Shown: piece by piece, positions 49,251 through 59,339 of the stretch
Layout: each line of letters opens with the position of its first letter
Position numbering within the stretch: position 1 is the stretch's first letter
Sequence record: PZ019085.1
Strand: one strand, 5' to 3'
DNA length: 64,000 bases
DNA from: a phage
Program-made: the position numbers and the translations under genes
Notes under the pieces: generated by a model
Seen by the model: the letters and a program-made list of their open reading frames with translations, nothing else
Databases searched by the model: none
What the model was told of the DNA's origin: nothing

Positions 49251-49718
49251 ATGGGTATTATTAACACTGCAATAGATTCTGTTTATGCATATAAGTTTAT
49301 TCGACTAATGCAAAAACCTTTTACCGAATGGAAAGCGTATGAAGCCAAAATCATCGATGAACGTGGAAGTGTTCTTAAACGTCCTTCTACTCCTGAAGAG
49401 AAAGCGGCTTATACACCTTTTCATGCTTCAGTTCGTTCAATGAAGCGAATGATGAGCACTGTTCCAGGTCTTAATGGAATGGCCTCAATGATGTCTGCCT
49501 GGAGTGCTGTAGCTTCACGCTATAACATTACGGAAGAACAACAGAAAGAAATATTTAAAGAACTCCCTTTATTTGAGGATATGGTTGCCGGCGATTCAGG
49601 CGGTAGTCCTCAAGCTATTGCATCAGGAACAACTACAGGTGCAGTAGTAAATAAAGGTCCAGAACAAATTCCTTCCAAGAAAAGAAAGCGAATTAAAGTA
49701 AATATTAATAAGTTGTGA
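49251..49718 (+). CDS. Hypothetical protein
   Basis: ATG 49251 after aggagg. Confidence 0.45.
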   Translation: MGIINTAIDSVYAYKFIRLMQKPFTEWKAYEAKIIDERGSVLKRPSTPEEKAAYTPFHASVRSMKRMMSTVPGLNGMASMMSAWSAVASRYNITEEQQKEIFKELPLFEDMVAGDSGGSPQAIASGTTTGAVVNKGPEQIPSKKRKRIKVNINKL

Positions 49719-49757
49719 TATGATGGCCTTATTAATTTAAGGCCTCTGGAGAATACT

Positions 49758-50780
49758 ATGGCTGAATGGATAGATAATGAATTTGCTTATCGTGCGTTTT
49801 CTCACCTACCTCGTTTTAGACAAATCAATAATTCAAGCACATTTAAATTAACATTTCGATGTCCAGTTTGTGGCGACTCCCAGACAGATGCAATGAAAGC
49901 TCGCGGATGGTATTATGGCGGTACTCCAGGTAATGTGCATTGCTATAACTGTCAATATCATAATACAATTTCCGGATACTTAAAAGAGTATGATGAAGAG
50001 CTTTATCGCGAATATCTAATGGAAGTTCGTAAAGAAAAAGCTAGAATGGAACCAAAGATTGAAAAGGTTCCTGAAGCTAAGCCGGAGCCAGAGAAAAAGA
50101 CTATAAATTCTTTGCCGTCTTGTTCTCGTCTGGACAAGCTGCCTGAAGAGCATCCTATTGTGAAATATGTTAAGTCTCGGTGTATTCCTAAAGAATCATG
50201 GAACAGATTATGGTTCACATTAGAATGGCCCAAATTGGTCAACAAGATTCAACCTGGTACGTATAAGAAAGAGATTCCCGAACCACGTTTAGTGATTCCT
50301 ATTTTTAATAAAGATGGTAAGGCCGAGTCATTCCAAGGACGTGCACTTCGTAAAGATGCTCCTCAGAAATATATCACTATTAAAGCGTTTGAGTCTGCAA
50401 CAAAAATTTATGGTGTTGAACGTGTTAAGGAAGGGGACGTCTGGGTAATGGAAGGTCCTATTGATAGTTTATTCATACCAAATGCAATCGCTATTACAGG
50501 CGGCTCAATAGATTTAGATGTGGTACCATTTAAAGAACGTCGGGTATGGGTAATGGATAATGAACCTAGGCATCCGGATACTATAGCTCGCATGAAGCGA
50601 TTAGTTGATGCAGGCGAACGTGTCATGTTCTGGGACCGAGCTCCATGGAGATCAAAGGATGTGAATGATATGGTAATGAAAGAAAATGCAACACCACAAG
50701 AAATTTTAGAATACATGAAACAGAATATTTCAAGTGGGTTGCATGCTAAAATGAGATTATCTCGTTATTCGAAGATTTAA
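49758..50780 (+). CDS. 61: DNA primase gp61
   Basis: N-terminal zinc ribbon CPVCGDS ... CYNC; TOPRIM-like region. Confidence 0.9.
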   Translation: MAEWIDNEFAYRAFSHLPRFRQINNSSTFKLTFRCPVCGDSQTDAMKARGWYYGGTPGNVHCYNCQYHNTISGYLKEYDEELYREYLMEVRKEKARMEPKIEKVPEAKPEPEKKTINSLPSCSRLDKLPEEHPIVKYVKSRCIPKESWNRLWFTLEWPKLVNKIQPGTYKKEIPEPRLVIPIFNKDGKAESFQGRALRKDAPQKYITIKAFESATKIYGVERVKEGDVWVMEGPIDSLFIPNAIAITGGSIDLDVVPFKERRVWVMDNEPRHPDTIARMKRLVDAGERVMFWDRAPWRSKDVNDMVMKENATPQEILEYMKQNISSGLHAKMRLSRYSKI

Positions 50781-50974
50781 ACAAGCCCTATAATAGCAAA
50801 AGCTAGGTCAACTACAGTATCCAATGGAACAGAAGGAACCATAACACCATGGGCAACTAACAATGGTGCAATCCCGAAGTTCCATGAAATAATGCCACCT
50901 ACAACTATTGCGGCGATAGCAGTTTTCTTTTTATTGCCTTTAATAGCGTTTATTAACGATGGAAGTTTAAACAT
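50777..50974 (-). CDS. Small membrane protein on the opposite strand
   Basis: Only convincing minus-strand ORF in the window; strong SD (aggag) before its ATG; hydrophobic (AIAAIVVGGIISWNFGIAPLLVAHGV). Confidence 0.45.
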   Translation of the reverse strand: MFKLPSLINAIKGNKKKTAIAAIVVGGIISWNFGIAPLLVAHGVMVPSVPLDTVVDLAFAIIGLV

Positions 50975-51005
50975 AATATCTCCTTAGTTACCTTATTATT
51001 TATTA

Positions 51006-51030
51006 CGCTTTATAAAATTAATGTTAGAAT
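51006..51030 (+). promoter_or_regulatory. Middle-promoter-like element (cGCTTTA box, -10 tagaat) upstream of gene 56
   Basis: MotA-box variant with 12-nt spacing to tagaat. Confidence 0.4.
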
Positions 51031-51064
51031 TATCTCTCTTACTACTGAATTGAAAGGAAAAATT

Positions 51065-51586
51065 ATGGCGCACTTTAACGAATGTTCACAACTTATTTCT
51101 GGTGTTGATAAAGCAGAAGAAGCTTATTTTAATGCTCTGATTCATGAAGATAAAGACCCACTGCAGGTAATGCTTGATATGCAGAAATCTTTACAGGTTC
51201 GTCTGGCAAATGACAAGCCTGAATATAACAAACATCCTGATGAATTGGCTACCGCCGGTGATGTTGTTGATTGGCTGCGTAATCAGAAAGATTATATTGA
51301 TGATGAATTCCGTGAACTGCTGACTTCACTTGGCGGTATGAGCAATGGTGAAAAAGCCGCTAGCTCTGTATGGAAGCCGTGGAAAGCACAACATGCTGAA
51401 TATCGTAATCGTCGTATCGATGAACTGTCTCCTGAAGACCAGCTTGAAATTAAATTCGAGATGATTGATATCCTCCACTTTGTTCTGAATATGTTCCAAG
51501 GCCTTGGACTTACTGCTGAAGAAATCTTTAAACTGTATTACCTGAAAAATGCTGAAAACTTCGCACGTCAAGACCGAGGTTACTAA
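51065..51586 (+). CDS. 56: dCTPase/dUTPase gp56 (MazG-like)
   Basis: MAHFNECSQLISGVDKAEEAYF... matches T4 gp56. Confidence 0.85.
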   Translation: MAHFNECSQLISGVDKAEEAYFNALIHEDKDPLQVMLDMQKSLQVRLANDKPEYNKHPDELATAGDVVDWLRNQKDYIDDEFRELLTSLGGMSNGEKAASSVWKPWKAQHAEYRNRRIDELSPEDQLEIKFEMIDILHFVLNMFQGLGLTAEEIFKLYYLKNAENFARQDRGY

Positions 51587-51748
51587 TGGCTCGTTTAAAT
51601 AAACGACAGCTTAAGAAAGCCCACAAGAAACGTATTGACCGGCTATTTAAAAATTATGACAAGAAGCTCGTATGTGAGCTCTTATCTAATCAGCTTCAGC
51701 ATGTTAGTCAATTATCAGACCATCTACATATGGTTGATTGGGTTGCAA

Positions 51749-51973
51749 ATGAAACTTGATTTTTATGCATGGCAAAAAGCCGGGAGACCGGCTAATAAAG
51801 CATTCGGCTCTGATGGATATAATACTAGACTCCACTGGAAATTTAATACTCAAGATGATTATTCTCCGGTAATCATTAATGGTGATGTTGTTATATTAGC
51901 TAAATTCGGATATTTTATTGTCCCGAAGAAATTCATTATAAATACACCTGTAATTAAACAACAAAGGAGTTAA
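51749..51973 (+). CDS. Hypothetical small protein
   Basis: Internal ATG of the 51635 ORF; contains the soc late promoter near its 3' end. Confidence 0.35.
   Translation: MKLDFYAWQKAGRPANKAFGSDGYNTRLHWKFNTQDDYSPVIINGDVVILAKFGYFIVPKKFIINTPVIKQQRS
51937..51944 (+). promoter_or_regulatory. Late promoter TATAAATA upstream of soc
   Basis: Exact TATAAATA about 30 nt upstream of the soc ATG. Confidence 0.55.
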
Positions 51974-51975
51974 TT

Positions 51976-52212
51976 ATGGGTGGTTATGTAAACATCAAAA
52001 CCTTTACGCATCCTGCTGGTGAAGGTAAAGAAGTTAAAGGTATGGAAGTTTCTGTACCGTTTGAGATTTATTCAAACGAACATCGGATTGCAGATTCTCA
52101 TTACCAAATCTTTCCATCAGAAAAGGCAGCTTATTCTGATGTCGTTTCTGATGCAGCAACTTGGAAAACTAAGAACGCAGCAATGTTTACCCCTACACCA
52201 GTAAGTGGTTAA
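51976..52212 (+). CDS. soc: Small outer capsid protein Soc
   Basis: MGGYVNIKTF ... HYQIFPSEKAAYS matches T4 Soc. Confidence 0.85.
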   Translation: MGGYVNIKTFTHPAGEGKEVKGMEVSVPFEIYSNEHRIADSHYQIFPSEKAAYSDVVSDAATWKTKNAAMFTPTPVSG

Positions 52213-52220
52213 ATAATTTA

Positions 52221-52246
52221 AGGAATCCTTCGGGATTCCTTTTTTT
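52221..52246 (+). terminator. Rho-independent terminator
   Basis: aggaatcc-ttcg-ggattcct followed by six T. Confidence 0.75.
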
Positions 52247-52313
52247 GTTTCTACAGTTTACAACCACTAAAAACTGTGTTAAGATATTCTTACTTACTCA
52301 AGAGGAGAACAAT

Positions 52314-52541
52314 ATGTTAAATCGTTGGATTAAACCTAATAACACATTAGGTGCTTTGATTGCTCAAGAAGTTTCATTAAAGTACGGTCTTGGATATTAC
52401 GATGATGTAGTCGTACACTCATTCATGATGGATGGTGAAGACGTCAAATTTAATGCTGAAATCCGTTGGGATGATGGTGGTGTTCGTTTTGTTCGAGGAA
52501 CAATTAATGCTTACGATACTGAAGAAGTTGTTTTCTGTTAA
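52314..52541 (+). CDS. Hypothetical protein
   Basis: ATG 52314 after agaggag. Confidence 0.45.
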   Translation: MLNRWIKPNNTLGALIAQEVSLKYGLGYYDDVVVHSFMMDGEDVKFNAEIRWDDGGVRFVRGTINAYDTEEVVFC

Positions 52542-52930
52542 ACCAGGCGAAGGTATGATGCCTATTCCTGATACACATGAAAAAGGTTGGGAATATATCG
52601 GTGACGGCATGATGGAAGAAGTTGTTCGTCCAAAAACAAAACATGTTAATGCTTCAAGCTCTTCAAGTTATAATCATTCATACGTATCGTCTTGGTCTGG
52701 TGATTCCGGGTCAAGTTATTCTGATTGTGGTTCAAGCTCAGGGAGCTGCGAATGAACAAGATAGTTAAATGGTTTAAAAGCTGGGACGATGGTGTCGGTC
52801 CAGAAGATTGGCTGGATGTTCTTGAAGAGAATATGGCTAAAGAATTCCAGAAACATGAAGAAAAGCTCGTCGAAGATGAAGGCGAACGTATTGTAAAACT
52901 TTATATGGGTGAACCATCGAGGAAATTATA

Positions 52931-53395
52931 ATGGATGCTATGCTATTTAAAATGTATTTGCTTGAAGCCAAGTCATTTAAACATATACCAGTGGAAGATA
53001 AGACTCCACTAGAAATAGCTATTCTCATTAATAAAAGTCTAAATAATCCGCAATATATTGTAGAAGAATTCTGTAAATTGCAGATTCCTAAAGGTTACAA
53101 AATTCGTGTAGAGCGAGTTGGAGCTATTACTCGTTCTAAAAATTCTCCGTTTAGTCTTGAAGAAGGCATAAAGGACTTAGGTTATGAATCTACGGAAAAT
53201 GCAGTTTATGTGAATCCTGAAAAGCGTTTAGACTTGTTTGAAAAGCGAGACCATAAGTATTTTGCCAAAAAATACTTTATTACATCATTAGCAGATTTAG
53301 TCCATTTGCAACGTGCTATTTGGAAATTTTTTAAGACAAAAGGTGTAGCACTAGAAACATTCTCTGAACCAGCTAGTTTTTATCTAGGTGAATAA
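52931..53395 (+). CDS. Hypothetical protein
   Basis: ORF track. Confidence 0.45.
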   Translation: MDAMLFKMYLLEAKSFKHIPVEDKTPLEIAILINKSLNNPQYIVEEFCKLQIPKGYKIRVERVGAITRSKNSPFSLEEGIKDLGYESTENAVYVNPEKRLDLFEKRDHKYFAKKYFITSLADLVHLQRAIWKFFKTKGVALETFSEPASFYLGE

Positions 53396-53792
53396 TATGG
53401 ACCTTATGAGTATGTTTGACGAGCCTGAAGTTGAGGCTCCTAAAGTGCATCGTAGTGAACTTATTGATGAACTAGATAGTATTATACAACGACACGGCTT
53501 TAGTTTACCTGTTGAAGCCCTGAAAGACCTTGCCTCTTATTATGACGACCCGCCACCATGGAGTCCTTGGAAATGAAAGAAAAATTTAAAGAGAAATTCT
53601 TACTAGAAATCAAGGAAAAAGACTTTGAGACATGGTACCGAATGGTGAAAGGGTTGACATTGCTTTTTAAAGCGTCCTTATTCATGTTAGAACAACCTGG
53701 TCCTGATGGACCTTTAGTAGGAAAGCTTAAAAAGTAGTTTACATTCCCTCCTCTCGTGTTATGATAGACTTATCTTTAAATGGAGGTCTATC

Positions 53793-54374
53793 ATGACATG
53801 TCAATCTGAACTTCAAGAACGCGAATACCTAACAAATCTGATTGATAGCAAATTCACCCGCCAAGAACAAAACATTCTCTGGGCTTGCACTGATTCTAAG
53901 GAAGACCCGGATTTCCACTATGAATTAGACCATCTTGTTCGTAAGCATATGACTTCTACAGTACCAGTAGAACTCTACCGTGGTGTAACTCCAGAAGAAA
54001 TAGAACGTCTTTCACTTCTTTCTGTTGGATGCCATTGGTCTCCTGGACGAGTAACATCGTTCACAACTGATTTCAACACAGCTCGTCAATTCTCTGGGAG
54101 TTGGGAATATCAGACGTACACTATTCTTAGTCTCAGGAATGCTCCATTCATTTTTGATTACTACCAAAACATGGTTAACATTGTACTCGCCGGAAAGAAC
54201 CCTAAGCATGTTATGGAAGAAACGCGTGTTGACGTCCTAGATATGATTGAATCTGAACAAGAGTACATGGTCTCAGGTATCTCTAGATTTGAGATTGTGG
54301 AAATTGAAGAGTTAGAGTATGACCCTTTGTCTCGAGTATACAAAATCATTCACTTAAAGATGTTGAATTTTTAG
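53793..54374 (+). CDS. ADP-ribosyltransferase-like protein (ModB-like)
   Basis: R-S-E triad candidates (LYRG, SFTTD, EQEYMVS); position between soc and dda as for T4 modA/modB. Confidence 0.55.
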   Translation: MTCQSELQEREYLTNLIDSKFTRQEQNILWACTDSKEDPDFHYELDHLVRKHMTSTVPVELYRGVTPEEIERLSLLSVGCHWSPGRVTSFTTDFNTARQFSGSWEYQTYTILSLRNAPFIFDYYQNMVNIVLAGKNPKHVMEETRVDVLDMIESEQEYMVSGISRFEIVEIEELEYDPLSRVYKIIHLKMLNF

Positions 54375-54431
54375 TGTACAAACTCTACCTACGATGATAC
54401 TATACTTTTATCAACCACAGGAGAAACCTAA

Positions 54432-55040
54432 ATGTTTATGCCGTATAACGAGTGTGAAATTGAAGAAATGGTTCGTCGTGCTCAAAACCCCGAATATCAA
54501 GATGTATTGCAGTACGAAATTGATAGTCAATTCAGCGACATTGAACAAAGTGTACTATGGCAGTGTATGGAAAACAAGCCAGACTGTATTCAACAGGAGT
54601 TAAGTTCAATCGTTCGTAGAAATTGGACGTCTTCTGTTCCTGAGACAATGTATCGCGGAATCTCTAAGAAAACTATGGCCACACTCGATGATAAAGGCGT
54701 TGGTAGTATTATTAAATTTGACAGAGTAATGAGCTTTAGTCCGGTGTTTGGTGTAGCACGTAACTTCGCTTCATATAATTTTTATGGAACATTTAATATG
54801 TTCTGCATCAAAGATGCACCATTTGCTTTCAACTTCCGTGAACATATGCTTAATATGATTCTGGCTGCACCATCTTGTGAGTTCAATGGAGCTTTCCCTG
54901 AAGCGACAAGACGGTCTAATGCTAGACTTATATCTGACGAATGTGAATTTATGCTCCCTATAGGGACTACACTGCGTGTAGATTCTATTATTCAAGATGG
55001 ACGTTATACAATCTGGAATCTGTCTATTGTCAGTTACTGA
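54432..55040 (+). CDS. ADP-ribosyltransferase-like protein (ModA-like)
   Basis: MYRG, SFSPVF, ECEFML motif arrangement; paralogous to the preceding gene. Confidence 0.55.
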   Translation: MFMPYNECEIEEMVRRAQNPEYQDVLQYEIDSQFSDIEQSVLWQCMENKPDCIQQELSSIVRRNWTSSVPETMYRGISKKTMATLDDKGVGSIIKFDRVMSFSPVFGVARNFASYNFYGTFNMFCIKDAPFAFNFREHMLNMILAAPSCEFNGAFPEATRRSNARLISDECEFMLPIGTTLRVDSIIQDGRYTIWNLSIVSY

Positions 55041-55193
55041 CTGGATTGGAATAACCGGATGGAACTCAGAACCATTATAACACATAAAAAATTAAAGCAT
55101 TTTACGAAAAAAGAGTGTACACTACCTGAGGGCATGATATTATAAGACCTATCAGCTAAATGATCTAACGTCCGTAAGACAGAGGAAAATATT

Positions 55194-55940
55194 ATGTTAT
55201 CAAATAATAAAATTAACAAAATCAATCGTCGTCTTGACCATACCAGAGCTTCTGCGAAGAGACGCTCTAAGGATTTTAACTTAGATTTTAATTACCTTAA
55301 AAACATTCTTGATCAAAAGGTCTGCGCTTACTCAGGTGAATCTTTCAATAACTCTGTTGAAGGTGAGAAATTATCCTTAGAACGTTTTAATAATGATATC
55401 GGCTACATTAAAGGTAATGTTATCCCAGTTAAGAAAAAATATAACACGGCTCGTTCTGATTTAACATTAGAAGAACTTATTGAGAAACGTGATGCCATTG
55501 CAAGACGTATCGCTAATCCTTCTGCCCGTAAAGTAGAGAAACTTAATCTCGACGAGAAGAAATGGACCCAAATTAAAAAGGTTTATGGTACTATTTTAAA
55601 AATACGAGCAAAACGTGAAAATCGTGTTAAGCATATGGCGAACATGATGAAAAATCAACCTTTATCTAACGAATCTAAACTTAGAATTGTTGCTTTGAAA
55701 GCACGCATTAATGGCTCACATCAGGCAGAAGGCCATGAACTTACTAAACTCAACGTTCTTCTTAAAGGCTCTGACTGGAAAACTAAAACTAAATTAACTG
55801 ACGCTGAATCGCTTTTCGATACATATGATAAAGTTATCCAAGGTCTGCAACGTTTTGAAAAGATTGGTTTCATTGGTAAATTAAAATTGAAACGTGGCTT
55901 ACCACTTAGCGCATCATTATTCCAACTGATTAAAGGTTAA
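55194..55940 (+). CDS. Hypothetical basic protein at the position of T4 srd
   Basis: Position and size only. Confidence 0.4.
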   Translation: MLSNNKINKINRRLDHTRASAKRRSKDFNLDFNYLKNILDQKVCAYSGESFNNSVEGEKLSLERFNNDIGYIKGNVIPVKKKYNTARSDLTLEELIEKRDAIARRIANPSARKVEKLNLDEKKWTQIKKVYGTILKIRAKRENRVKHMANMMKNQPLSNESKLRIVALKARINGSHQAEGHELTKLNVLLKGSDWKTKTKLTDAESLFDTYDKVIQGLQRFEKIGFIGKLKLKRGLPLSASLFQLIKG

Positions 55941-55942
55941 TT

Positions 55943-56254
55943 ATGGTTTATGTATATGCAATAGTTTATCGAGATATGGAAGGATTTACTATCCCGGTTC
56001 CACTTGATGAGCATCGTCCTGCAGTATTTTTTAGAAAGGATATTGCAGATAAAGTTTTCGATACTTTGAAAACACAGTATAAAACAGATTTAAAATTGGG
56101 AGCTCTAAGAATGGTCGAAACTCCGCGTAAGTTCTGGTTTAATAAGCTTGAAATGAAACACGTTAAACTAGATGCGGAGACGCAAAGATTGTATCAACGA
56201 ATCCTGGACACAGGCCGTATTGTTAGTATTCCAATTGCAGGGACTTTACGATGA
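55943..56254 (+). CDS. Hypothetical protein
   Basis: ORF track. Confidence 0.45.
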   Translation: MVYVYAIVYRDMEGFTIPVPLDEHRPAVFFRKDIADKVFDTLKTQYKTDLKLGALRMVETPRKFWFNKLEMKHVKLDAETQRLYQRILDTGRIVSIPIAGTLR

Positions 56255-57564
56255 CATTTGATGATTTGACTGAAGGCCAGAAAAATGCCTTCAACGTTGT
56301 TATGGAAGCTATTAAAGAAAAGAAACATCATGTAACTATTAATGGACCTGCTGGTACAGGTAAAACAACCCTTACTAGATTCATCGTTGAAGCCCTTATT
56401 TCTTCTGGAGAATCAGGTATTATTTTAGCAGCCCCTACACATGCTGCTAAAAAGGTTCTAAGCAAACTTGCAGGTCAAGAAGCATCGACTATTCATAGCA
56501 TTCTTAAAATCAACCCAACCACATACGAAGAAAACGTATTATTTGAACAGAAAAAGGTTCCCGACTTAGCCTTGTGTCGTGTACTGTTATTTGATGAAGC
56601 GTCAATGTGCGACCGTTCTCTGTTTAAAATAATGTTAGCTAGTATCCCTAAATGGTGTACAGTAATTGGAATCGGCGACCGATGCCAGATTCGTCCGGTA
56701 GACCCAGGCGAATCAACTGCGTATCTAAGTCCTTTCTTCACTCACAAAGACTTCGTGCAATGCAACCTTACAGAAGTTAAACGTAGCAATGCACCAATTA
56801 TTGATGTTGCGACTGATATTCGTAACGGCAAATGGATTTACGATAAAGTAGTTGATGGGCACGGTGTTCATGGATATACAGACCTTAAATCGTATATGAT
56901 GAACTATTTTAACGTCGTTAAAACTCCTGAAGACCTTTTCGAAAATCGAATGATGGCATTCACAAATAAGTCGGTGGACAAGTTAAATTCAATTATTCGC
57001 CGAAAACTTCTTGAAACAGAAAAACCATTTATTAAAGACGAAGTCATTGTTCTACAAGAGCCATTTACTAAGACATATAAGCTAGACGGTAAAAATATGA
57101 CCGAAATGCTTTTCAATAATGGGCAATTCGTTCGTATTCGAGACGCCGTAGAAACGTCTACATTCGTTAAAGCACGTGGTGTTTCAGGCGAATATATGAT
57201 ACGATACTGGAATCTTACAGTAGAAACATATGGTGATGATGAAGAATATATCCGCGAAGATATAAAGGTTATTTCTTCTGAAGAAGAGCTTTATAAATTC
57301 AATTTGTTTTTGGCTAAGACCGCAGAAACATACAAATTCTGGAATAAAGGTGGTAAAGCTCCATGGAGCGAATTCTGGGATGCTAAACGTATGTTCACTA
57401 AGGTGAAGGCACTACCGGTATCAACCTTCCATAAGGCCCAGGGTATGTCTGTTGACACGGCCTTTGTTTATACACCGTGTATCCATTATGCCGATTCAGA
57501 ATTAGCTAAACAGTTATTGTATGTCGGCACAACTCGTGGTCGGTTTGACGTCCATTTTATTTGA
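56251..57564 (+). CDS. dda: SF1B DNA helicase Dda
   Basis: MTFDDLTEGQKNAFNVVMEAIKEKKHHVTINGPAGTGKTT... matches T4 Dda. Confidence 0.95.
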   Translation: MTFDDLTEGQKNAFNVVMEAIKEKKHHVTINGPAGTGKTTLTRFIVEALISSGESGIILAAPTHAAKKVLSKLAGQEASTIHSILKINPTTYEENVLFEQKKVPDLALCRVLLFDEASMCDRSLFKIMLASIPKWCTVIGIGDRCQIRPVDPGESTAYLSPFFTHKDFVQCNLTEVKRSNAPIIDVATDIRNGKWIYDKVVDGHGVHGYTDLKSYMMNYFNVVKTPEDLFENRMMAFTNKSVDKLNSIIRRKLLETEKPFIKDEVIVLQEPFTKTYKLDGKNMTEMLFNNGQFVRIRDAVETSTFVKARGVSGEYMIRYWNLTVETYGDDEEYIREDIKVISSEEELYKFNLFLAKTAETYKFWNKGGKAPWSEFWDAKRMFTKVKALPVSTFHKAQGMSVDTAFVYTPCIHYADSELAKQLLYVGTTRGRFDVHFI

Positions 57565-57573
57565 GAGAAAATT

Positions 57574-58251
57574 ATGAGCACTGATGTTATTATAGATTTT
57601 GAAACATTCGGCAATACATCAAAAGCGGCTGTTATTGACCTTGCGGTTATTGCATATAATTCCGACCCTGAAGTTGTTGAATCATTTGAAGAACTTGTTC
57701 AACGTGGTAAGCGAATTAAATTTAATTTAGCTTCTCAAAAAGGGAAGCGAGTTTTCGCTAAATCCACTATGAAATGGTGGAAAGAACAATCAGCAGAAGC
57801 ACGTAAAAACTTGGCTCCGTCTGAAGACGATGTCACTACGCTTGAAGGCATAAAAATCTTTTTAGATTATTGCCGAGCTAATAAAGTTGACCAATGGAAA
57901 TCACAGATGTGGTGCCGTGGTATGAGCTTTGACTTCCCGATCTTGGTCGATTTGATTCGTGACCTCTATCGTGATGAAGGTGTTCTTGAACCAGATATTG
58001 ATACTGATAAATTAGAACCGGTTAAATTCTGGGCTCAACGCGATATTCGTACGGCAATCGAAGCTTACTCGTTGACACGAGGATTAAGTATGTGTCCATT
58101 ACCAATGGGTACACTAAAAGGATTCGTTGCCCATGATAGTATTCATGATTGTGCTAAAGATATTTTGATGTTAAAATATGCTCAGCGTTATGCGCTTGGT
58201 CTTGAAGATGTCCCTGAGAATCCTGACCCGTTAAGTGTAAAACAGCGATAA
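57574..58251 (+). CDS. dexA: Exonuclease A (DnaQ-like 3'-5' exonuclease)
   Basis: IIDFETFG Exo I motif; position next to dda. Confidence 0.85.
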   Translation: MSTDVIIDFETFGNTSKAAVIDLAVIAYNSDPEVVESFEELVQRGKRIKFNLASQKGKRVFAKSTMKWWKEQSAEARKNLAPSEDDVTTLEGIKIFLDYCRANKVDQWKSQMWCRGMSFDFPILVDLIRDLYRDEGVLEPDIDTDKLEPVKFWAQRDIRTAIEAYSLTRGLSMCPLPMGTLKGFVAHDSIHDCAKDILMLKYAQRYALGLEDVPENPDPLSVKQR

Positions 58252-58317
58252 AATCAGTTTACAACCAAGGATGGTTGTGGTATAATCTTTCTATCTTAAC
58301 TAAACAGGAAAAACATT

Positions 58318-58812
58318 ATGAATATCAATACTACGGCTACTTACATCCTGAAAGACGAAAAACAAATCAACTGGTACGGTGCTTCAGTGCGAGCTTATGA
58401 AAAGTTTTGTGAAATTTTAGGTGCCACTCAAGGTAATAGTTTCACTATTGTTAACTTCATCAAACAAGCTGAAGGTCCTTGGTTATTCTTAGAAATTAAA
58501 AATTCATACGGTACAATTTCTACTACCGCCCTTCCAAGCACCGACTTTGAACTGTTGATTGAAGAAGCACCTGTTAAAGATGGTCTCCACTTTGATATGG
58601 ACATCGCTTGTATGTACGGTACTCTGATTAAGCCTATTGAGCCTACTGATTTGTTGTGTAAAGCCGTTTCAATTCGACGTCCGTTCGCAGGTCCAGTGAG
58701 TGGATGGGTAACTGACCAGTGGATTGAAGATGGTGTTGAACTTCTGAACGTAGTTCATGCAGGTGATTTTAGTGTAGTTCCTCGTAGTGCTGTGGTTAAT
58801 ATTCTTAATTAA
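58318..58812 (+). CDS. Hypothetical protein, member of a tandem paralog triplet
   Basis: C-terminal motif GWVTDQWIEDGVELLNVVHAGDFSVV shared with the next two genes. Confidence 0.55.
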   Translation: MNINTTATYILKDEKQINWYGASVRAYEKFCEILGATQGNSFTIVNFIKQAEGPWLFLEIKNSYGTISTTALPSTDFELLIEEAPVKDGLHFDMDIACMYGTLIKPIEPTDLLCKAVSIRRPFAGPVSGWVTDQWIEDGVELLNVVHAGDFSVVPRSAVVNILN

Positions 58813-58874
58813 TGTTTTACATCCAAGGATGGATGGAGTATAATGAATTCAACTTAAACAAAGAGAGAAAAAAT

Positions 58875-59330
58875 ATGATTAATATTGGTGAAATTAAACG
58901 TGTATCAACAGTGTCTCGTTCTAAAGCTGCAGGAAAGCTGGTTGAAGTAGTAGGACTTCGTACTAATGGCATGGGTCGTATTAAAGAAGTTAAAGTTCGA
59001 ATCATCCCCAGTTTTGGCGGACAAGATGCCCAGTATGCTTACGTAAGTCCTAAATTCCTGGAAACTCATGTGAGTGCTCATTTTGCTTCTACTGAACCTA
59101 ATGTACAGTTCAAATGGACCTTGTGTAAAGGTGTTGAATTCCAGACTGATAAAGAATTTGACTTCATCGATGAATACGGTTATCCAAGCAAAACTGATAT
59201 TATGTGTGGCTTCATTAGTGACCAATGGGTTGAAGATGGTGAAAAGTTATACAATATCGTATTCTTAGGTGACTTCCGAGTTGTTAAAGAATCTGAAATC
59301 ACTCGCTATGTGTCTCCTCGTAAAGCTTAA
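58875..59330 (+). CDS. Hypothetical protein, member of a tandem paralog triplet
   Basis: SRSKAAGKLVEV ... GFISDQWVEDGEKLYNIVFLGDFRVV. Confidence 0.55.
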   Translation: MINIGEIKRVSTVSRSKAAGKLVEVVGLRTNGMGRIKEVKVRIIPSFGGQDAQYAYVSPKFLETHVSAHFASTEPNVQFKWTLCKGVEFQTDKEFDFIDEYGYPSKTDIMCGFISDQWVEDGEKLYNIVFLGDFRVVKESEITRYVSPRKA

Positions 59331-59339
59331 GGAATTATT

